A stretch of DNA of 62,583 nt, counting the filler, from Stramenopiles sp. TOSAG23-3 (taxonomy: Eukaryota): assembly GCA_900128585.1 (NCBI GenBank). It is 12 parts of 12 records of this genome, joined end to end, with 100 filler letters (N's around TTAATTAATTAA, not from the genome) between each part and the next. Parts side by side here need not be neighbours in the genome. Positions count along the whole stretch, not along the records: positions 41,860 to 46,972 come from LT643607.1; positions 47,073 to 52,182 come from LT643608.1; positions 52,283 to 57,383 come from LT643609.1; 9 more parts are not named here. The stretch is one strand, 5' to 3'. The stretch's first letter is position 1; each line of letters opens with the position of its first letter. The notes below the pieces were generated by a model. That model saw only the letters and a list, made by a program, of their open reading frames with translations, ran no database searches and was not told the DNA's origin. Shown in pieces: positions 42,492 through 54,429 of this stretch. Both the position numbers and the translations under genes were made by a program.

Positions 42492-43946
42492 TCACACCAA
42501 CGGATGAAAATGCAGCGACTGCTCGTACATTAAATCTTGCAAGCGCTTCTTCGTCAGCTCCGTCTTATCGTTGAATCTAAACTCGAATTGCTTTTCAGCT
42601 ACCGGCTCGTCTTCGGGGTGGTGTAGGCTTTCCATATACGGGTGGGCAAGAGCGTCTTCCACAGAGATGCGCCCCCGCGGATCAAAGACGCACATTCGCT
42701 CTAGTAATTCAAACGCGTCTTTGTTTTCGTACTTCGGGAAAACTTCTTTCCAAGGAACTTTCTTCTTTTTTCTCATGCCGTCCATGAAACGCCTCGCTTT
42801 GGAGCTGGTAATAAAGCCTAGCTCGCTTTCGGACGGGGAGCCGAGGACATCGCAGATGATCTTAAGCTCGTGTATGTAGTCGTTCCCCGGAAACAGTGGC
42901 TTTCTTGCAATCAGTTCTGCGAATATACACGCAGTCGACCACATGTCAATCGCGGGACCGTACTGCTTGACGGCCAGCATGATTTCTGGCGCGCGGTACC
43001 AGCGCGTTACCACGTACTCCGTCATGTCCCCAGCGTCGGGCCCGGTAGAGTCGTCCTCCTGCTCCATCCCGCGGGCCAAGCCAAAATCACATATCCTCAA
43101 ATCGCAATTCGCGTTGACCAAGAGATTGGACGGTTTCAAATCTCTGTGCAAAACCCCGGCAGAGTGGAGGTATTTTAGCCCTCGCAGAAGCTGGTACAAA
43201 AAATACTGAACGTGCTCGTCTGATAATTTCTGCCGAGAGTATATGACACGGTGGAGGTCGGTTTCCATCAAATCGCTCACAAGGTACACGTCCTCGAAGT
43301 TGCGAGGGCTCGGCGGCCTGATTATGTCAATGCAGGTGATGATATTTTCGTGGTGGAAGTGCCTCAAAAGGCAGAGCTCCCGCAGAATACGCTTTGCATC
43401 CACCAGGTCTTCGAACGCCTTCGTCACTTTCTTGATGGCAACCTGGTTCCCAGTGTTCTTGTCCAGTGCGGACACTACAACGCCATATGCGCCTTGCCCG
43501 ATCGGTTTGATGAGCTCGTAGTTCTTCGTCACCGTGAAGTTCGTGCCCGATACGGAGAAACTGTAGGTATCGCTTTCTTTGAACGACACGCTTCTTTGCG
43601 CTGCGTGCGAGGTCCTTTTCGCGGAGGCCGCCGCGGAAGAGGAGGCTGCCGTGCGGGTGGTGCCGCGAACCATCGTTTGGATGGCCGACACCCACATGTC
43701 GCGCTCCTCGTCACTGCTCGCATACGCCGTGAGAATTATGTTGCCGGTCTTGACTTCTAAGGCAGAGCGTTGGAGGCTTGACACCCGAACTGTGGTCTCT
43801 TTCGTGATCGGAATAATGCCTCGGACCGTCGGGTCGCCGTTCTTCTTGTAGTAGCACAGCGTGCAGTCCGTTTTGTTCAAAACAAAATACCGTTTCTTCC
43901 AGGACCTGCCACTTTTCATAGCGCGCTTTACTAGGTAACCCTCCAT
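42492..43946 (-). CDS. PH domain-MAP kinase fusion (TEY), Phytophthora SAK1-like
   Basis: MEGYLVKR...WKKRYFVL...WVSAI (PH); IGQGAYGVV, HRDLKPSN, DFGLAR, MTEYVVTRWYRAPE. Confidence 0.93.
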   Translation of the reverse strand: MEGYLVKRAMKSGRSWKKRYFVLNKTDCTLCYYKKNGDPTVRGIIPITKETTVRVSSLQRSALEVKTGNIILTAYASSDEERDMWVSAIQTMVRGTTRTAASSSAAASAKRTSHAAQRSVSFKESDTYSFSVSGTNFTVTKNYELIKPIGQGAYGVVVSALDKNTGNQVAIKKVTKAFEDLVDAKRILRELCLLRHFHHENIITCIDIIRPPSPRNFEDVYLVSDLMETDLHRVIYSRQKLSDEHVQYFLYQLLRGLKYLHSAGVLHRDLKPSNLLVNANCDLRICDFGLARGMEQEDDSTGPDAGDMTEYVVTRWYRAPEIMLAVKQYGPAIDMWSTACIFAELIARKPLFPGNDYIHELKIICDVLGSPSESELGFITSSKARRFMDGMRKKKKVPWKEVFPKYENKDAFELLERMCVFDPRGRISVEDALAHPYMESLHHPEDEPVAEKQFEFRFNDKTELTKKRLQDLMYEQSLHFHPLV

Positions 43947-44771
43947 GTTTCCAACGGGGTATGATCTGGTGTGAATAAATTTAAAAGTAGAAAGCCGTCG
44001 GTGTCTTGACTCGAAGCTTCCGAACGCACTGGGCCCTCCCGTTTCTGCTGAAGGTAGCTGCTGCTGGCAAAAGCTCACTCTGACGTGGACAAAGAAACGA
44101 TACTCGGATCAATATTTTTCTGAACGATTGAAGATAACGATGCTGAATGTGATTTCCGCGTGCGCTCCTGCGTGAATGTACACTTGTTCCCTGGATGGAT
44201 GAATCTGCAACCGTGCGTGAATACAAAATGGAAGAAGAGCAACATGGTTGTCTATGAGAGTCTTGAACTTATTAATATCGCCGCCGGAAGAAGAAGAGGA
44301 ATTAATATAATAGTAGAGATATACTTATTTTTTTAATAATACAGTGTAACAATAGAGAAAAGAGAAGAGAAGAAAGAAAAAAAAGATACTTCTTCTTCTT
44401 TTATTGTGCTTCCGTATAATAGTTTGATGTTCGTACGTTCATCCCTCGCTTCTCTTGCTATGAGCTGTACATTATACTCAACAAACAATTAAGTTGAAAA
44501 ACACAACGATTAGTACCAAGTTGTTTTTAAATTGATTTTAATCCTATGCTGTTAGTTGTATTTTGAAAACAACAATAGCAGCAGCACAACTAAAAAATGG
44601 AAAAAAATGAAAAAAAAATCAGAATTAATAATAGTTCTAAACAATTGATTGACAACAAACAAGAGGAGGACTGACAAGAATGCTCCCACCTATGTATATT
44701 CGTATAATATATACTTATAAAATATTTTAGAATATGTATATTGATTAATAATAAATTTGCCCTTTTTTGTT

Positions 44772-46639
44772 TCAGCTGGTTGTGAAAGCCGACGCAGCTG
44801 TGGATGGTACTTTATGTGCGCTAACTTGGGCAGCCTCGGCAATCGATTTGCTATGAACGATTTCTCCCATCAACTTGGCGGGGGGTGCGAAGCCGCCTTT
44901 GCCCCACGTGACCGGGATTTTTGAGCTTTCCGGGTGCTCGGCAGCTAGCTGTCCGACACGGGCAACAACCCTGTCTCCTACTTGGTGCTTGAATGAAGAT
45001 TCTGGACCGGGCTTTTTAATCGTGTCCATGAAGTCCGATTTCGAGTTGGACCCAGGGCCCTCCGTTGCAGTTGCTGCGATTGCATTCATGTACTTTCCGC
45101 AGCCCTTCATTTCCCAATTACTATTTTCACAATATCGTACCATTACCTTGATACAGATCGCCCGGTTTCCATTGAACTTCTGCATGCAAGCTTCCCACTT
45201 GGACAACGAGACCATTCCCGCCGCGGCAGTCGCTTCGATCGATCCGCCCGTTTCGCCCGTTTCGCCCGTCGCGCCCGTCGCACCGGACGCACCACTCGCT
45301 TGGACTCCCGTCGCGCCAGTAACGCCAGTGCTACCGGTGTGTTCAACGCCTCCAGTTGCTCCGGTCGCGCCAGTTTCGTCTTCCGCGCCAGTTTCGGCGG
45401 ACCCCGTCGGGGCCTCCTCCTCCGGCAGCTCTTTTTCTACAGATATTGGAGGCGGAACAATAAATTTCGATGGCTTCGACTCTCGCACCACCTGCTCGTC
45501 CGCTTCGGAATGGTTGTATAATTTCATTGCTTCGTGCTCGGCAGCGGCTTGTTCCACTGATTCGGCACGAGCAATCTTCTCCTGGTTGTGAATCGGTCCA
45601 AGCTCCACCTCTTGATCCACGGGCTTTTCTTTTTCTACTACGGGCTTGGCCTCCTCTTCTTGAGTCGCGTTCTCTACCGGGACCACTGGGGTCTTTGGTT
45701 TCAAATGGCTGGTGGCCAGCTGGTTGCGCAGACGCTCGATTGTGTGCAGATGTGCTTCATGGCCGAATTCATCGGCTTTGTAGGCTGCAATATTTTTCTT
45801 GCACGAGGCCTCCAGGGTTTTCACTGCGTCTTCGGACGCAATGTACTTTCCTTTCAGGTTGTCGGCTACCGTTTGGACGCTATTTGCATGGCGCCTGCTT
45901 CGGATCGAGTCGATCTTGGCGATTTTGACGTCCTTCTCGGCGGCGGCACGGGCTTGACTGTACGGCAGAAATTTGCTTCGCAAGTGCTTCTCCCTCTCTT
46001 CGATTTCGATCCGCACGTCCTTCAAGTTCATCTCCAAAACCTTTCGGCCGACGAGCAATTCCATACGTAATTTTTTGAGCAGCCGGTCCATTCGAACCTT
46101 CTTCGAGTCGTTTGCGGAATTTTGCTTGAGCTTCAACTCCTTCGCAACCCACTTCAGGACTGGGACGCCTTTGCGCGGAACGTTTGGAAATCGACCTCGT
46201 GCTCCAGCAAGGTCTTGGAAGCTTTCTTCTCGAGCGCCACGGCTTCGGACACGTGGCTTTCTGCATCGTCTGCGGCCTTTGCGGCCGCTCTGGCCGCAAC
46301 AATTGCGGAGTCTCGCTCCATTTTAATGTCGTGAGCGTCCTCCTTTAACGAGGAAATATTCATTTCGCAGCCGTTTGCGTACACAATCGCTTTGCGCCGG
46401 GCCTTTGTCAAATCCTTCAAGTAATGATTTTCAGCATAGGTAACCTCGTCTCTCAATTTCTCTTCGTCCTCTGCGTCGACGACGATTCCCGCGGGGGTTG
46501 CAATCTTCTTCTCTTCACTTCTACTGTTTCCAGTTGCCGCTGCAACCGTCCCAGTCGCGCCTGTCTGTTGCCCCACGGCAAACACGGACGCCACCACCAG
46601 GACCAACAGTGCAACAGAAAATGCTTTGTTCGGCACCAT
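44772..46639 (-). CDS. Secreted coiled-coil protein with ATG/TGA peptide repeats, split by a 1-nt frameshift
   Basis: Signal peptide MVPNKAFSVALLVLVVASVFA; adding one C in the run at 46162-46164 joins KAS to PVLKWVAKELKLKQ; TGATG peptide repeats occur in both halves. Confidence 0.7.
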
Positions 46640-47537
46640 TCTCTTCTTTCTGCTTCGCACACCGATGTATCTATAAATCCCAGTATCGTCGGTTGTACAC
46701 AAAACGGTCGCATACACCTCTCTCTGACTCCCTTTCTCACTCTTTCTTTTCCAATGCATTTCATATCAATCGCATCTATACATGCTCATACACATAACCA
46801 TCAAAAACATTCCTTCAAATTTAACTAACTCACAACTCTCTTTTTATTATTAAATATCATCTTTCCCTTCTTATCGTTATGTTATTAATTAATTTAATAT
46901 TAAATACCATTGATTAAAATAAATTAACATTATCAGAGCATACACAGCCTACATAATGTACACCCCCCCCCCNNNNNNNNNNNNNNNNNNNNNNNNNNNN
47001 NNNNNNNNNNNNNNNNTTAATTAATTAANNNNNNNNNNNNNNNNNNNNNNNNNNNNNNNNNNNNNNNNNNNNATTGTTCATAGCTTCATTTATTCATAAG
47101 AATCTCATAAATAGTAAATTAATACTTCCTCTTTACGAAGTACATATATATCTAATGGATTCTATTTTTTATTATTATTATTAGGTTCCTGTATACCGGT
47201 ACGGTAGGAGGGACGACGACGGGGAGGAGGAGAGAGGAGAAAACAGAAAAAGAGATTTTTTATTAATGGAAACTTGCTTCGTCGGGGTACCCTTTTTAGA
47301 AAAGGAAAGAAATGATTTGATCTGAATTTTATTTGATAACATGAATTAATTTGTGTTATTTTGTAGTTTTTATGTAAGCGTGTTAACACGGGAATACAAG
47401 AACGGTTTTAAAGCTCACAATTCTTACTTTGTATCCATAGATATACACACGAGTTCTTTGCTATATAGTGTAGGGGCCGACCGACCGGCACGCGATTAAT
47501 TAGGGATACGCCGGACGTTTGTGTGGGCTAAACCATC

Positions 47538-48572
47538 ATGGCTACGTCTGCCTCCTTCCTTCTTCGAAGGGTCTGCGCAAAGCGTGCGTTTGCTGTGAGC
47601 AGCAGGCACCGTGCCAACGTAGGAAGCCAGGGCATCTGCCCAGGCGCTGGGCGGATGCAACCGAGGCACTGGTCCGGGCGAGCCAACCACACGCTCGCGC
47701 GCCCGGGGACTGCCGGGGGAAGCAGCAACCGTTACCTTTTTCTGTGCCTCGGGGTGCCCGCCCTGGGCGGCCTGCACTTTTATTCCCAGCATTCGCACGG
47801 GGGCGCGCTGGCAAACATTGCCGAGTGCAGCCTCTTTGGCGGGGACGAGGGCGAAAAGCGCGTGCCCCCGTCGCTGAAGAAGGCCGACGATATGTACGAT
47901 CGTGGGACGAACTGGCAGGCGTTGTACGATTTCTTGAAGCGAATTGCCGAGGACTCGCCGGACGACCCGGAAGTGCTATGGCGTCTTGCCAGGGCCACGT
48001 ACGAACTCTCGGAGCAGCCGCACCTGAAGAAGGAGGAGGCGAACGCGTTGGTCTTTGAAGCGTTCGAAGTTGCAAAGCACATGCTCGTCGTTGCGAACGA
48101 CCATTTCAAAAGTCACTCGTGGTACGGTATCCTTTTGAACGCCGTGGGCGAGATCCAAGGCTCCAAGAAAAAAATCAGCAACTTGCAGACGGTGAAAGAG
48201 CACTGGATCAGGGCCACCGAACTGAACCCCAAGGACGCGTCCAGCTTCCATTTGCTCGGTCGATGGGCAAAAGGCATCGTCGAAATCAATTGGTACATGA
48301 AGCAAATAGCGCATGCCATCTATGGCCGAATACCCCCCTCGTCGTACGAGGAGGCGCTGGAGTACTTTGAACGGGCCGAGCAGATTGACCCAGGGTTTTG
48401 GCTGCAGAACCAGCTGTGTATTGCAGAGTGCTACATTGCGCTTGGAAAAAAGGACGAAGGGAAGCGCTGGCTAGACCGAAGCCTGCGAATCAGGGTGAAG
48501 ACGGAGGAGGATAAGCTAGCCCGAAGGCAAGTAGAGAAAATATTAAAGAAAGTGTACGGTGTGAAAGCGTGA
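47538..48572 (+). CDS. RMDN1: Regulator of microtubule dynamics (RMDN/FAM82) TPR protein
   Basis: DPEVLWRLARA, HSWYGILL, ATELNPKD...LLGRW, PPSSYEEALEYFERAEQIDP; mitochondrial-type leader. Confidence 0.88.
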   Translation: MATSASFLLRRVCAKRAFAVSSRHRANVGSQGICPGAGRMQPRHWSGRANHTLARPGTAGGSSNRYLFLCLGVPALGGLHFYSQHSHGGALANIAECSLFGGDEGEKRVPPSLKKADDMYDRGTNWQALYDFLKRIAEDSPDDPEVLWRLARATYELSEQPHLKKEEANALVFEAFEVAKHMLVVANDHFKSHSWYGILLNAVGEIQGSKKKISNLQTVKEHWIRATELNPKDASSFHLLGRWAKGIVEINWYMKQIAHAIYGRIPPSSYEEALEYFERAEQIDPGFWLQNQLCIAECYIALGKKDEGKRWLDRSLRIRVKTEEDKLARRQVEKILKKVYGVKA

Positions 48573-49025
48573 GAGCTGTTTTAACATAATACCATATAAA
48601 ATAATAAAAAATGAATCTAAAAAATAATTAGAATATTGATAAAAACAAGAAAAATTGGCTGTTATTTTTTATATGATAATAGTAGTATTATAATATTATA
48701 ATTAAAATAGAATAATATGATAATAATAATTTTAAAAAAAATGAGAAAAAAAAATTCAATTTATTAGTGATGTGGTGTAAAAAAAACAAATTATATCTAG
48801 TATGTTTTAAGACTCTCATTTTAAATCAATCACTCTATTTCAAATCCAACCCTAATCCTGTCTTGATGTTTTAATTTGATTTTTTAATTTTTTAATTTCG
48901 TTTCGTCGTTGATGATATTGTCAATCATCACAGAGGAATTAGATGTGGTGTATACCGGGGTATTTCCTGTTTTCTTTTCCCGGCCATTTGCTACCGTACA
49001 AAGAACAAATATCAATCGCTCTGTC

Positions 49026-51242
49026 CTACAGCTTCATGGCAGATTGCAACATCTTTTCGTAATCAGGGGTTCCCAGGCCAGAGACTGGATCGTACCCTTT
49101 CGTGCAATTAAAGCCGTATGGCAAGTGAAATGGCCCCCGCCCGATTGCGTTGTTGCCTTTGACGATGTCCGTCAAAATTGCTGGATTCCCATACAGCCAA
49201 GGATTTAAGTATCCCAGAGGTGGTTTTCCACTACTTAAACGTGCCTCGTTCAGCAACGAAATGACAGCTGCAAACGTTGGGGCTGAGGCACTTGTGCCAC
49301 CTACTGGTTGCGTCTGCCCGCCTGTAATTACTTGAAATCCCTCTCCAAGCGCAGCCACGTCTGGTGTAGCCCGCCCAGACTTGTTAAACGCATCCGATGG
49401 TGGTAGTTGAGGCGCAATTTTGAAGTAATTTGCAATGTCCTCCTCCTGATCCTTGAAAGCACCGAACATGCTAGAAAAGCCACCGCCACTACCGAATTGG
49501 TCCGTGCTCATCTCTTCGTTGCCCACTTTTTGATCGACGAATCTTGTGGAACCAACGGCAGTAACCCATGGCGAAGATGCTGGCCAGGAAGGGTACAATG
49601 GAATCTTTGTTGGTGATGTGGGTGGGGTGAAACTTGTAGACCCTTCTTCTTTTTTAGTCGAGCTTACACTTTTGAACGATGTGCATGTGGTGTTCAACAG
49701 TGGCGGTTGCCCCTGTACCGACGTTGCCCCTTTCTTCGAGGTAGTTCCAGTGATCGACTTATACGTGAGGCAACCCATTTTACCGTCATCTGTGGGTGCA
49801 AACGACCAGCCTTGGATCCTCATGTTCGGTGGAAGCTCTCTGTTGACTCGCTTTGCAAAATCGCAACATTGTGCTGCACTAGTATAACCAATCGGACTGT
49901 ACAGGATTTCTCCCGTGATAGCAGTGTCTTTTTTGAAGTTGCCAGCATCGCAGTACTTATTGCCGCTGGGGCTTGTTCCTTCGGTAAATGTCCATGGGCT
50001 TCCTTTTGAATCGTAACAGCATTGAAACGCATTTTCGACCCCCTTGGTTTCCTGCAGAATTTCCCCAGAGTACGCAATGCCCTTTTTCCCAGTCGTTTGC
50101 GAGCACTGTGTTTGGGGTGGGGCGTACCCACTGCCACTATCACCGCTTGCAAATATGATTGTTATTCCTTTCGCAGCTAATTTTGAAAAATCGTTGTCAA
50201 CGGCAGTAACATCAGCTTCGTGGCAGCCAATTTGGGATAGACTGCCTTGCCACCCATAGGAAACCGAAGTTACCAAAGGAACATCATCATTTGCCAACAG
50301 CATGCCTGTCCAGTTCTTTAGGTCGCCGCAGAAGTCGTTGCTTGCAAAGTACCAGAACTCTGTCTTCACGCCTGGTGCAACTCCCATAATATATTGAATA
50401 TCAAGAGATGCCTCAACGCCCGGGCTACCCTCTCCTGGGTCACCTACAAACTTGTATACTTTGTCGTCTCCAGAGGCTGCTTTTGGTACGTAATTTTTGA
50501 AGAATTCTGTGAGGTCAGAGTCAGTCATTGTTTGCCCTTGGAACTCAGCAACTGCCTGTCGGTTCTTCGACGACCCGCTTACTTTGGCATCTTTAATATG
50601 GTAGACTTGTTCGATTACAGACGGTGTCACGGAGGCTGGTCCGGACGACGCATCAATCTTTTTGCGTGGGGGCAAAGGCAAACCGTGCAAACCAAAAATA
50701 CCATGTACCTTATCGTTTACGTCAATGGGAAGATAAAAATCTTTCGCCCGCAAAAGATTCTGTGCACGTTTTTTCCGGTTCTGCAAAACGTGAAATTTTG
50801 TTTTTAGCATATTTTGAACAATGTGTGCATTCTCGCATTCCACGTCCAGGATCTCTTTCTTCAGTGTCGCAGTGCATTTTTTGGACGAGCTGGTCTCGAT
50901 AAATTTGCGAACGGTCGCAACGTCTTTTTTATCGGGTTTGGTCAATTCGTCGATTTCGGACTGCGTCAAATACTTTCCGTACTGGCCGCTTTTTGGGTTT
51001 GAAACGTCCAAAGCAATTTGTTTTATCTTGTCCATGTTCTGCTGTTTCAGAGAGAAGCGAAACTTGAACGGCTTTGATAAGAATGCATCAAGAAAGAAGT
51101 TGGACGTCTCCGACACGTCCTCCCAATTCTGCGGGTCAGGACGCTCTTTCGTGTGCAGTACGTTTGAAGACACCGAAGCACTACAGGTGCCCAGTACCAC
51201 ACCTGCCAAACAGAGCAGTAAAAGTGAGGCGCTTTTCTGCAT
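49026..51242 (-). CDS. Secreted S53 peptidase (tripeptidyl-peptidase I/sedolisin) with Cys-rich insertion
   Basis: Signal peptide, prodomain (DVSNPKSGQYGKYLT), EASLD, SGDSG, RATPDVAA, GGTSAS, GYDPVSGLGTP. Confidence 0.93.
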   Translation of the reverse strand: MQKSASLLLLCLAGVVLGTCSASVSSNVLHTKERPDPQNWEDVSETSNFFLDAFLSKPFKFRFSLKQQNMDKIKQIALDVSNPKSGQYGKYLTQSEIDELTKPDKKDVATVRKFIETSSSKKCTATLKKEILDVECENAHIVQNMLKTKFHVLQNRKKRAQNLLRAKDFYLPIDVNDKVHGIFGLHGLPLPPRKKIDASSGPASVTPSVIEQVYHIKDAKVSGSSKNRQAVAEFQGQTMTDSDLTEFFKNYVPKAASGDDKVYKFVGDPGEGSPGVEASLDIQYIMGVAPGVKTEFWYFASNDFCGDLKNWTGMLLANDDVPLVTSVSYGWQGSLSQIGCHEADVTAVDNDFSKLAAKGITIIFASGDSGSGYAPPQTQCSQTTGKKGIAYSGEILQETKGVENAFQCCYDSKGSPWTFTEGTSPSGNKYCDAGNFKKDTAITGEILYSPIGYTSAAQCCDFAKRVNRELPPNMRIQGWSFAPTDDGKMGCLTYKSITGTTSKKGATSVQGQPPLLNTTCTSFKSVSSTKKEEGSTSFTPPTSPTKIPLYPSWPASSPWVTAVGSTRFVDQKVGNEEMSTDQFGSGGGFSSMFGAFKDQEEDIANYFKIAPQLPPSDAFNKSGRATPDVAALGEGFQVITGGQTQPVGGTSASAPTFAAVISLLNEARLSSGKPPLGYLNPWLYGNPAILTDIVKGNNAIGRGPFHLPYGFNCTKGYDPVSGLGTPDYEKMLQSAMKL

Positions 51243-52459
51243 GGTTCTCCGGTGGCGAATTGAAAGTGATGGTGTGTTTTATAGCGTATAATAATGTAAC
51301 CTTTTCAGTATTTTTTGTGTGAAAGGGCTTTTCAACAAAAACGGATGGGCGTTCAATACACTTCTCCGCGGTTGTATCAACTTTACTCCTTGCTCATGGT
51401 TCGTTGGTTTGGTGTCGGCCGGGTATATAACAACGAAGACGAGGTATGGTGTAATAAAATATACGAGTAGTAAAAAAATATAAAAAGTTTTTCAATAATA
51501 TTAGACTATTGGGTATTATTATAATAATTAATAATAATAATAATATTTTTTAAATTATTAGCAGCAGAACGCCCTATAATAGTAGAGAGAGAAGAAGAGC
51601 AAGCAAATATTAATAAAAAAGATATTGAAGAAGAAGAGATGAGTACAAAAACATCACCACTTCAATATTTTCATCTCTGCGCATATAGACACAGCACAAT
51701 GAAACTATTTCTTCTTCTTTTTTTTTTTTTTTTTTAGGTTATTAAGCTTATTATTATATATAGAGTAGCTAGTAGACGACAGCTGAATAATAATATAAAA
51801 AAAAATCTTTCTTCTTTTTTTAATATATAGTCACAGCATAAATATTTTATTAAATAGTTACTGATAATATAAAGAAGAAGAAAAAAGAAGAAGAAATAAA
51901 AGAAGAAGAAGAAATAAAAGAAGAAGAAATATAATAAAAGAAGAAGAAGAAGAAAGAAGAAGAAATAAAAGAAGAAGAAAAAGAAGAATAATTAATAATA
52001 ATAAAATAGTAATAGTCGTCTCGTCGTCGTCTAATAATATAATAATTATTATTAATAAAAAAAATATTATTTTTTATTAATAATTATTATTATTATTTTA
52101 TTATTTATTATTCTTCATTCAAAAATTCAAAAAGTATTATATTATTATCTATATATATGTACTTCGTAAAGAGGAAGTATTANNNNNNNNNNNNNNNNNN
52201 NNNNNNNNNNNNNNNNNNNNNNNNNNTTAATTAATTAANNNNNNNNNNNNNNNNNNNNNNNNNNNNNNNNNNNNNNNNNNNNCAACATTTCTAAAAAACT
52301 CAAAAATATGTACGAAAGAACAAGTAAAATATGAACACGCATAATTTGTATGCTGCACAACCTCATGTTTTTCTCCTTATCACACCAAGCTGAAGAACGA
52401 AATAGTGCAGCTCGCAGTTTCCTCGGGTTCGAAAACAACTTCCCGTTTTTGGTACGAGA

Positions 52460-52819
52460 ATGAAACGAAAAAGAAAAGGGTCGTCCCCAGGCCCGGCGAA
52501 GAAAGCGACAAGGACCAATGCAAATACCGACACAAAGACCGACGAGTTTGGGGATTACATAAAGAAGGATGTGTATGGAACGGAAGTATCTGTCGAAACA
52601 GAGTCCGAAAGATTCAAAGTTGCTGAGCGAATCGGGAAAATGCGTGCGCGGCACTCTGACAGCATATGTGCGTCCGACCACGAAATGAAGAGGCACTGGA
52701 ACTCTGGTTGGAAGACGGGCTACATAAAGACCATTGGGATCCGTCGATCTACTGGGCCCCCAGCACCGAGGCGAAGGCTCGCGACTTTCCAACCGGGCAA
52801 TGGTGGAGGTAGTGAGTAA
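52460..52819 (+). CDS. Small hypothetical basic protein
   Basis: 119-aa ATG ORF in a GC-richer island; NLS-like start. Confidence 0.35.
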   Translation: MKRKRKGSSPGPAKKATRTNANTDTKTDEFGDYIKKDVYGTEVSVETESERFKVAERIGKMRARHSDSICASDHEMKRHWNSGWKTGYIKTIGIRRSTGPPAPRRRLATFQPGNGGGSE

Positions 52820-53247
52820 ATGAACCTCTACCGTGTTTATTTTGTGCACAGTCTCGTGTAAAAAGTCTTCCTCTCAATGGATCAATAATTTGATCATTCT
52901 GTATTTCAAGATATATTTTCCTTTCTCATGCAAAGTTCTACAGACAGGAGGACAGAGAGAAAGAAAAATGGAGCGTGTTTGATTAATTTTTTTGTGTGCG
53001 CGCCTATTCAATTTTTAATTCTCCGTGCTGTCTAAAAACGATATAGCGCTCGCAATAACCTAATAAACTGAATTCGGTTTTTTCTTTCTAATATATATTA
53101 AATTTTTTATTTAATTACACACCCGCCACAAAAACTTTGTTTTTTCCTAAAATTCTTACCACTCTGCGTACTTTCTGCAAAGCTCTCCCTTGCACGTCTG
53201 CAGGTGTTCTCTTTTGAAAAAAATCCTCGCCTCGCCTTGCCGGGGCC

Positions 53248-54429
53248 TCAAGGTCTAAAAATACTCACATTTGCGGAAGCCTGCGAGTGCCCTTGAAAGG
53301 ACACCGTCCCGTGGCCATTCCCAAACCAGTAGTTCTCCTGGACGGCCCCGTGCATCGCGTTGAAAGCCGCATCCCCCTGGTTCCCTGCCGCAGAATTGCC
53401 AAAGAATACGTTGCCCTGACTGTACTTCGTGGCGTCGTGGCCCAGCCCGCCCGCGGTAATTCCGTACTTGGTATTGTCCTCCACCACGTTTCCAAAAAAG
53501 ACATTGTTCTTCACTGGGCCAACCACGTTCGAGTAGACCCCAATGCCGTTTTGATTCCGCCGGCACACGTTCGCTGCAATAACGTTGTCGGTGGCCGTCT
53601 CTTCCACGAAAATGCCCTCGTCTCTGTTGTCCTCGCACAGGTTGCCCCACGCGACAGAATTGCTCGTGTACGCGTCAAAGTCCAAGGCGTGCATGTTCGA
53701 GTGGTGGACGTGGTTGTGGTGGATGTACGCCCTCGATGTTGCGATGGTCCAGATGGCCCGGGACGCGATCGGTTGCCCCGCAACGCCCCCCACCTCGCAC
53801 GAGGAGACTTCGTTCTGCGACCCGCCCCTCACCCCGATCGCAGTTTGCCACTGCGCCAGCGCGCGAATCCCACGAACGCTGTTCTTCTGGCCGTCCAGCA
53901 CCGAGACAGCGTGCATCTTTGTCGGCGTGTGCACCGACGCGTTTATCACCGCCCTGCTGCGGTTGTTCTTGCTTACCACGGCAGAAAACGTCGTACCGTT
54001 CAGCATAACGAGCGCGGGGTACGCGCTTGGGGCCCCGTTCAGGGGGCTTTCGCTCAAGTTCTTCGAGTCCGTAATGGAGCCGCTCAACCGAAGAACAAGA
54101 AGGGACGGCAGGGACAGTGGGGCGTCGGCCATATAGTCCCCTTCCAGGTCGAGGTACCGCAAAACGCTGCTATCAACCATGGAGACGCCCGCCCAAGAAG
54201 AGGAATTGACAGCCGGGAACATAGAGTCGATAACATTCTCCTGAAGCTGCGACGTGTAACGACCAACGAACCGACCGTCTACCATCCCGTCCACGACGTG
54301 GACGGTCACCGGGGCTGCGGCGGCAGTCAACCCCAAAATTCCAATACTACTTAACCAACAACATGCGGCCAACGAGGAAAAACCCATCGCCGTCTTTCTA
54401 TATGTATCCATGATTGCCTTGATCGCCAT
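53248..54429 (-). CDS. Secreted right-handed beta-helix (pectin-lyase-fold) protein
   Basis: Hydrophobic leader; repeated Asn-ladder units (IHHNHVHH, GNLCEDNRDEGIF, ANVCRRNQNGIGV, GNVVEDNTKYGI). Confidence 0.8.
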   Translation of the reverse strand: MAIKAIMDTYRKTAMGFSSLAACCWLSSIGILGLTAAAAPVTVHVVDGMVDGRFVGRYTSQLQENVIDSMFPAVNSSSWAGVSMVDSSVLRYLDLEGDYMADAPLSLPSLLVLRLSGSITDSKNLSESPLNGAPSAYPALVMLNGTTFSAVVSKNNRSRAVINASVHTPTKMHAVSVLDGQKNSVRGIRALAQWQTAIGVRGGSQNEVSSCEVGGVAGQPIASRAIWTIATSRAYIHHNHVHHSNMHALDFDAYTSNSVAWGNLCEDNRDEGIFVEETATDNVIAANVCRRNQNGIGVYSNVVGPVKNNVFFGNVVEDNTKYGITAGGLGHDATKYSQGNVFFGNSAAGNQGDAAFNAMHGAVQENYWFGNGHGTVSFQGHSQASANVSIFRP

